DNA of 64,000 bases. It comes from Octopus sinensis. Lineage: Eukaryota. The position numbers were made by a program, and so were the translations under genes. The stretch is from contig NC_043000.1 in the NCBI RefSeq assembly GCF_006345805.1, positions 45,942,001 through 46,006,000 of the forward strand, given 5' to 3'. Numbering within the stretch: the stretch's first letter is position 1; each line of letters starts with the position of its first letter. The notes beneath the pieces are model-generated. The model ran no database searches, was not told where the DNA came from, and saw nothing but the letters and a program-made list of their open reading frames with translations. This document shows, piece after piece, positions 61,684 to 64,000 of this stretch.

Positions 61684-61868
61684 GTTAATCCAAACAAGAA
61701 AGCACAAAAAAACACAACAACGCGAGGACGTGGAACAAATATAGTATTATTGGAAGCTCAGGAAAGAAGGAAAGAAGGAGGGTTTAACATTTCAAGCGGA
61801 GCTCTTCGTCAGAAACATAGGAGAAGGAAAGATCCAGAGAAGGGAAGACAGAGGAAAAAAAATCGCCT
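61681..61868 (-). mobile_element. Family C copy with HHR motif C3 (61782-61816)
   Basis: Minus strand: GTTT-CTGACGA-A-GAGC(TCC)GCTT-GAAA-TG-T-T-AAAC. Confidence 0.85.
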
Positions 61869-62984
61869 GATATATATATGTGCATGAGTCACACATGCTA
61901 CAAAAATGCTTATGTGATATATGCTATAAAATTATTGTTTAATATAAATAAAATATTTGGTATGAAATACAACTTAGAGAGAGACTGTTGTTGCCAAGAG
62001 TCACCTACAAGAGATACAATCTCCTCCCTCCTTTCCCAGTCATCAATGATCCTCATGTTTTTCTTCATTTTCTTCCCAATATATTACTTGATGTTGCATA
62101 ACCATCCCCTTTGTGACCAGGAATTTGTCTATACATGACCATATTCATCAAATGAAGAATATATCAAGTTTCCATTTCATTTTCTACCTTTCAAGAATTG
62201 ATAGATGAGTTCTGTGTTTCACAGTCTTCTTTGCAGTTCTTTTTTTGTCTTTTAATTTTCATTAGTTTGACTTTTCACTATAAAACAAAAGATCTTTTTA
62301 TTCCATTTCATTTCAAGAGTCATGGTCTTTCTCTCTTATTCTTACTTTCGGTAGCTAACATACATAATCTGCACCCATAGAACACATTTAAAATCATTAT
62401 CACTCTTTAAAAGAATGATGTACAATCAAGCAAAATGTGTAAAATTTCTACTATATACCACCTTTTAACAGAAATTCTCCCCACTCATCCAAAAATGCAT
62501 GCTTTGCCATTTATGCTTTTGTCAAACTTCTTCAGCATGTGCAACAGTTTCGGTTACCTTGAACTTCGTTTAATGTTATATCTATTTCCATGTACAGAAG
62601 GCAATGTTCAATAGCAGTTGTTGTCCTTGCTGTTATCACCACAACTCTTATCACCATAGATCTAAGTCCAAACACTCTCTAGCCATGACCAGTTTATCGC
62701 ATAGAGAAATTAACTTGGATTACATTGTTTACTATATCTTTTCCCTTTTTAAAGACAGTAGACTGTGGTTTTAGGGAAATTTAGCTGCTACTTTTTGCAT
62801 ATTGAGCAACCATGTATAAGTTTATACATTGGCTTAGTATTTTCACTAGCATTTACAAGGGATATGAACAAGTGTGCATTTTTTCATGGTTCTTTTCAAG
62901 TATAGTGTACCTAGAACTACCTTTTTCAGTCAGTCATACCTTTTTAAGATTGTAGAGACTGACCTCAGGAAAACTGTCAGCTAT

Positions 62985-63625
62985 TTTTAGCAAACAGAGT
63001 TAGCTAGGTGATAAGAAGTTTGCTCCCCAACCATACAGCTTCAGGCTAAGTCCCACTATGTGGCAACTTAGGCAAGTGTCTTCTAGAATAGCCCCAGGCC
63101 AACAAAAGCCTTGTGAGTGTATTTGGTAGATCGAAACTGAAAGAGGTGGTGAGCTGGCAGAAATGTTTCCACGCCGGGTGAAATGCTTAGCAGTATTTCA
63201 TCTGTCGTTATGTTCTGAGTTCAAATTCCGACGAGGTCAACTTAGTCTTTCATCCTTTCGGGGTCGATAAATTAAGTACCAGTTACGCACTGGGGTCGAT
63301 GTAATCGACTTAATCTCTTTGTCTGTCCTTGTTTGTCCCCTCTATGTTTAGCCCCTTGAGGGCAATAAAGAAATAAGAAACTGAAAGAAGCCCATTGTAT
63401 GTATGTATGTGTATTTCTTTGTGCCTGTGTTTACACCTACCACTGTTTGGCAACTGGTGTTGGTATGTTTACATCCTGATAACTTAGAAGTTTTACAAAG
63501 GAAAATAACAGAATAAGTACCAGGTTTGAAAAACAAAAAAGTACGAGGGTTGATTTGTTTCACTTAAATTCAAGGCAGTGCCCAAGCATGGCCACAGGCA
63601 AGTAACTGAAACAAGTAAAAGACAC
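62985..63625 (+). mobile_element. Old SINE S1 copy interrupted by an S2 insertion
   Basis: S1 5' half (~62985-63144) and 3' half (63377-63625) are separated by S2. Confidence 0.8.
63145..63376 (+). mobile_element. Young full-length SINE S2 with 12-bp TSD
   Basis: TSD GAAACTGAAAGA at 63133-63144 and 63377-63388. Confidence 0.92.
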
Positions 63626-64000
63626 ATAAAAGATCAAAGATACTCTGTAGATGTTCCGTCTTCGCCCTGGTTGCATTCATAACTGATCATCTGCGCTCAA
63701 TACAGCAGCTGAAGTTGTGCTATGCACAAGACGTAAACTAGGAGTTTACATGATAAAAAACAAAAAAACATTTTTCGTAAAAATTTTCTTCATGTCAGCA
63801 TATATAATATAATAATTTATTGTAGGCAGTGTTCAGGTTCACTATAATACAATAAAGAAAGAATTTTGAAAAGGTGTCAGAAAGCATCAACATGTCATGT
63901 AAAAACAGACAGCAATGATAGTCAAAATTCATACTTAGTAGAGAAGATAAAAACAAAAGACAGAAAAGGGAACAATGAACCAGCTATAAAGAGGAAAACG

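Overview
AT-rich eukaryotic, essentially non-coding DNA, dense in microsatellites and decayed transposable elements. From recall (no database search), the SINE/LINE repertoire looks like an octopus or other coleoid cephalopod genome. I cannot support any intact protein-coding gene, tRNA/rRNA gene or CRISPR array; a few splice-flanked candidate exons are listed at low confidence. Recognisable TE relics: Penelope-like (PLE) RT, RTE, CR1/L2 and R4/Dong-type LINEs, two mariners, a hAT MITE, Helitrons, and several SINE families (working names S1, S2, S3, X). The most unusual signal is seven unrelated-looking repeat families (working names A-G) carrying type I hammerhead ribozyme (HHR) motifs, 14 copies in total, ranging from intact to decayed. 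Five of these families occur as head-to-head fold-back palindromes with the ribozymes reading outward. One family (22.6 kb) has a compensatory G3:C8 swap in the catalytic core in both copies. Another (0.5-2.0 kb) is a ~480-bp, circularly permuted, retrozyme-like monomer with covarying stem II. Also notable: a Helitron-enclosed ~39-unit CpG-rich array of NRF1-like sites, a mirror-symmetric SINE quartet, and a near-identical 582-bp inverted templated duplication. All folds and alignments were done by eye and no ribozyme activity has been demonstrated.
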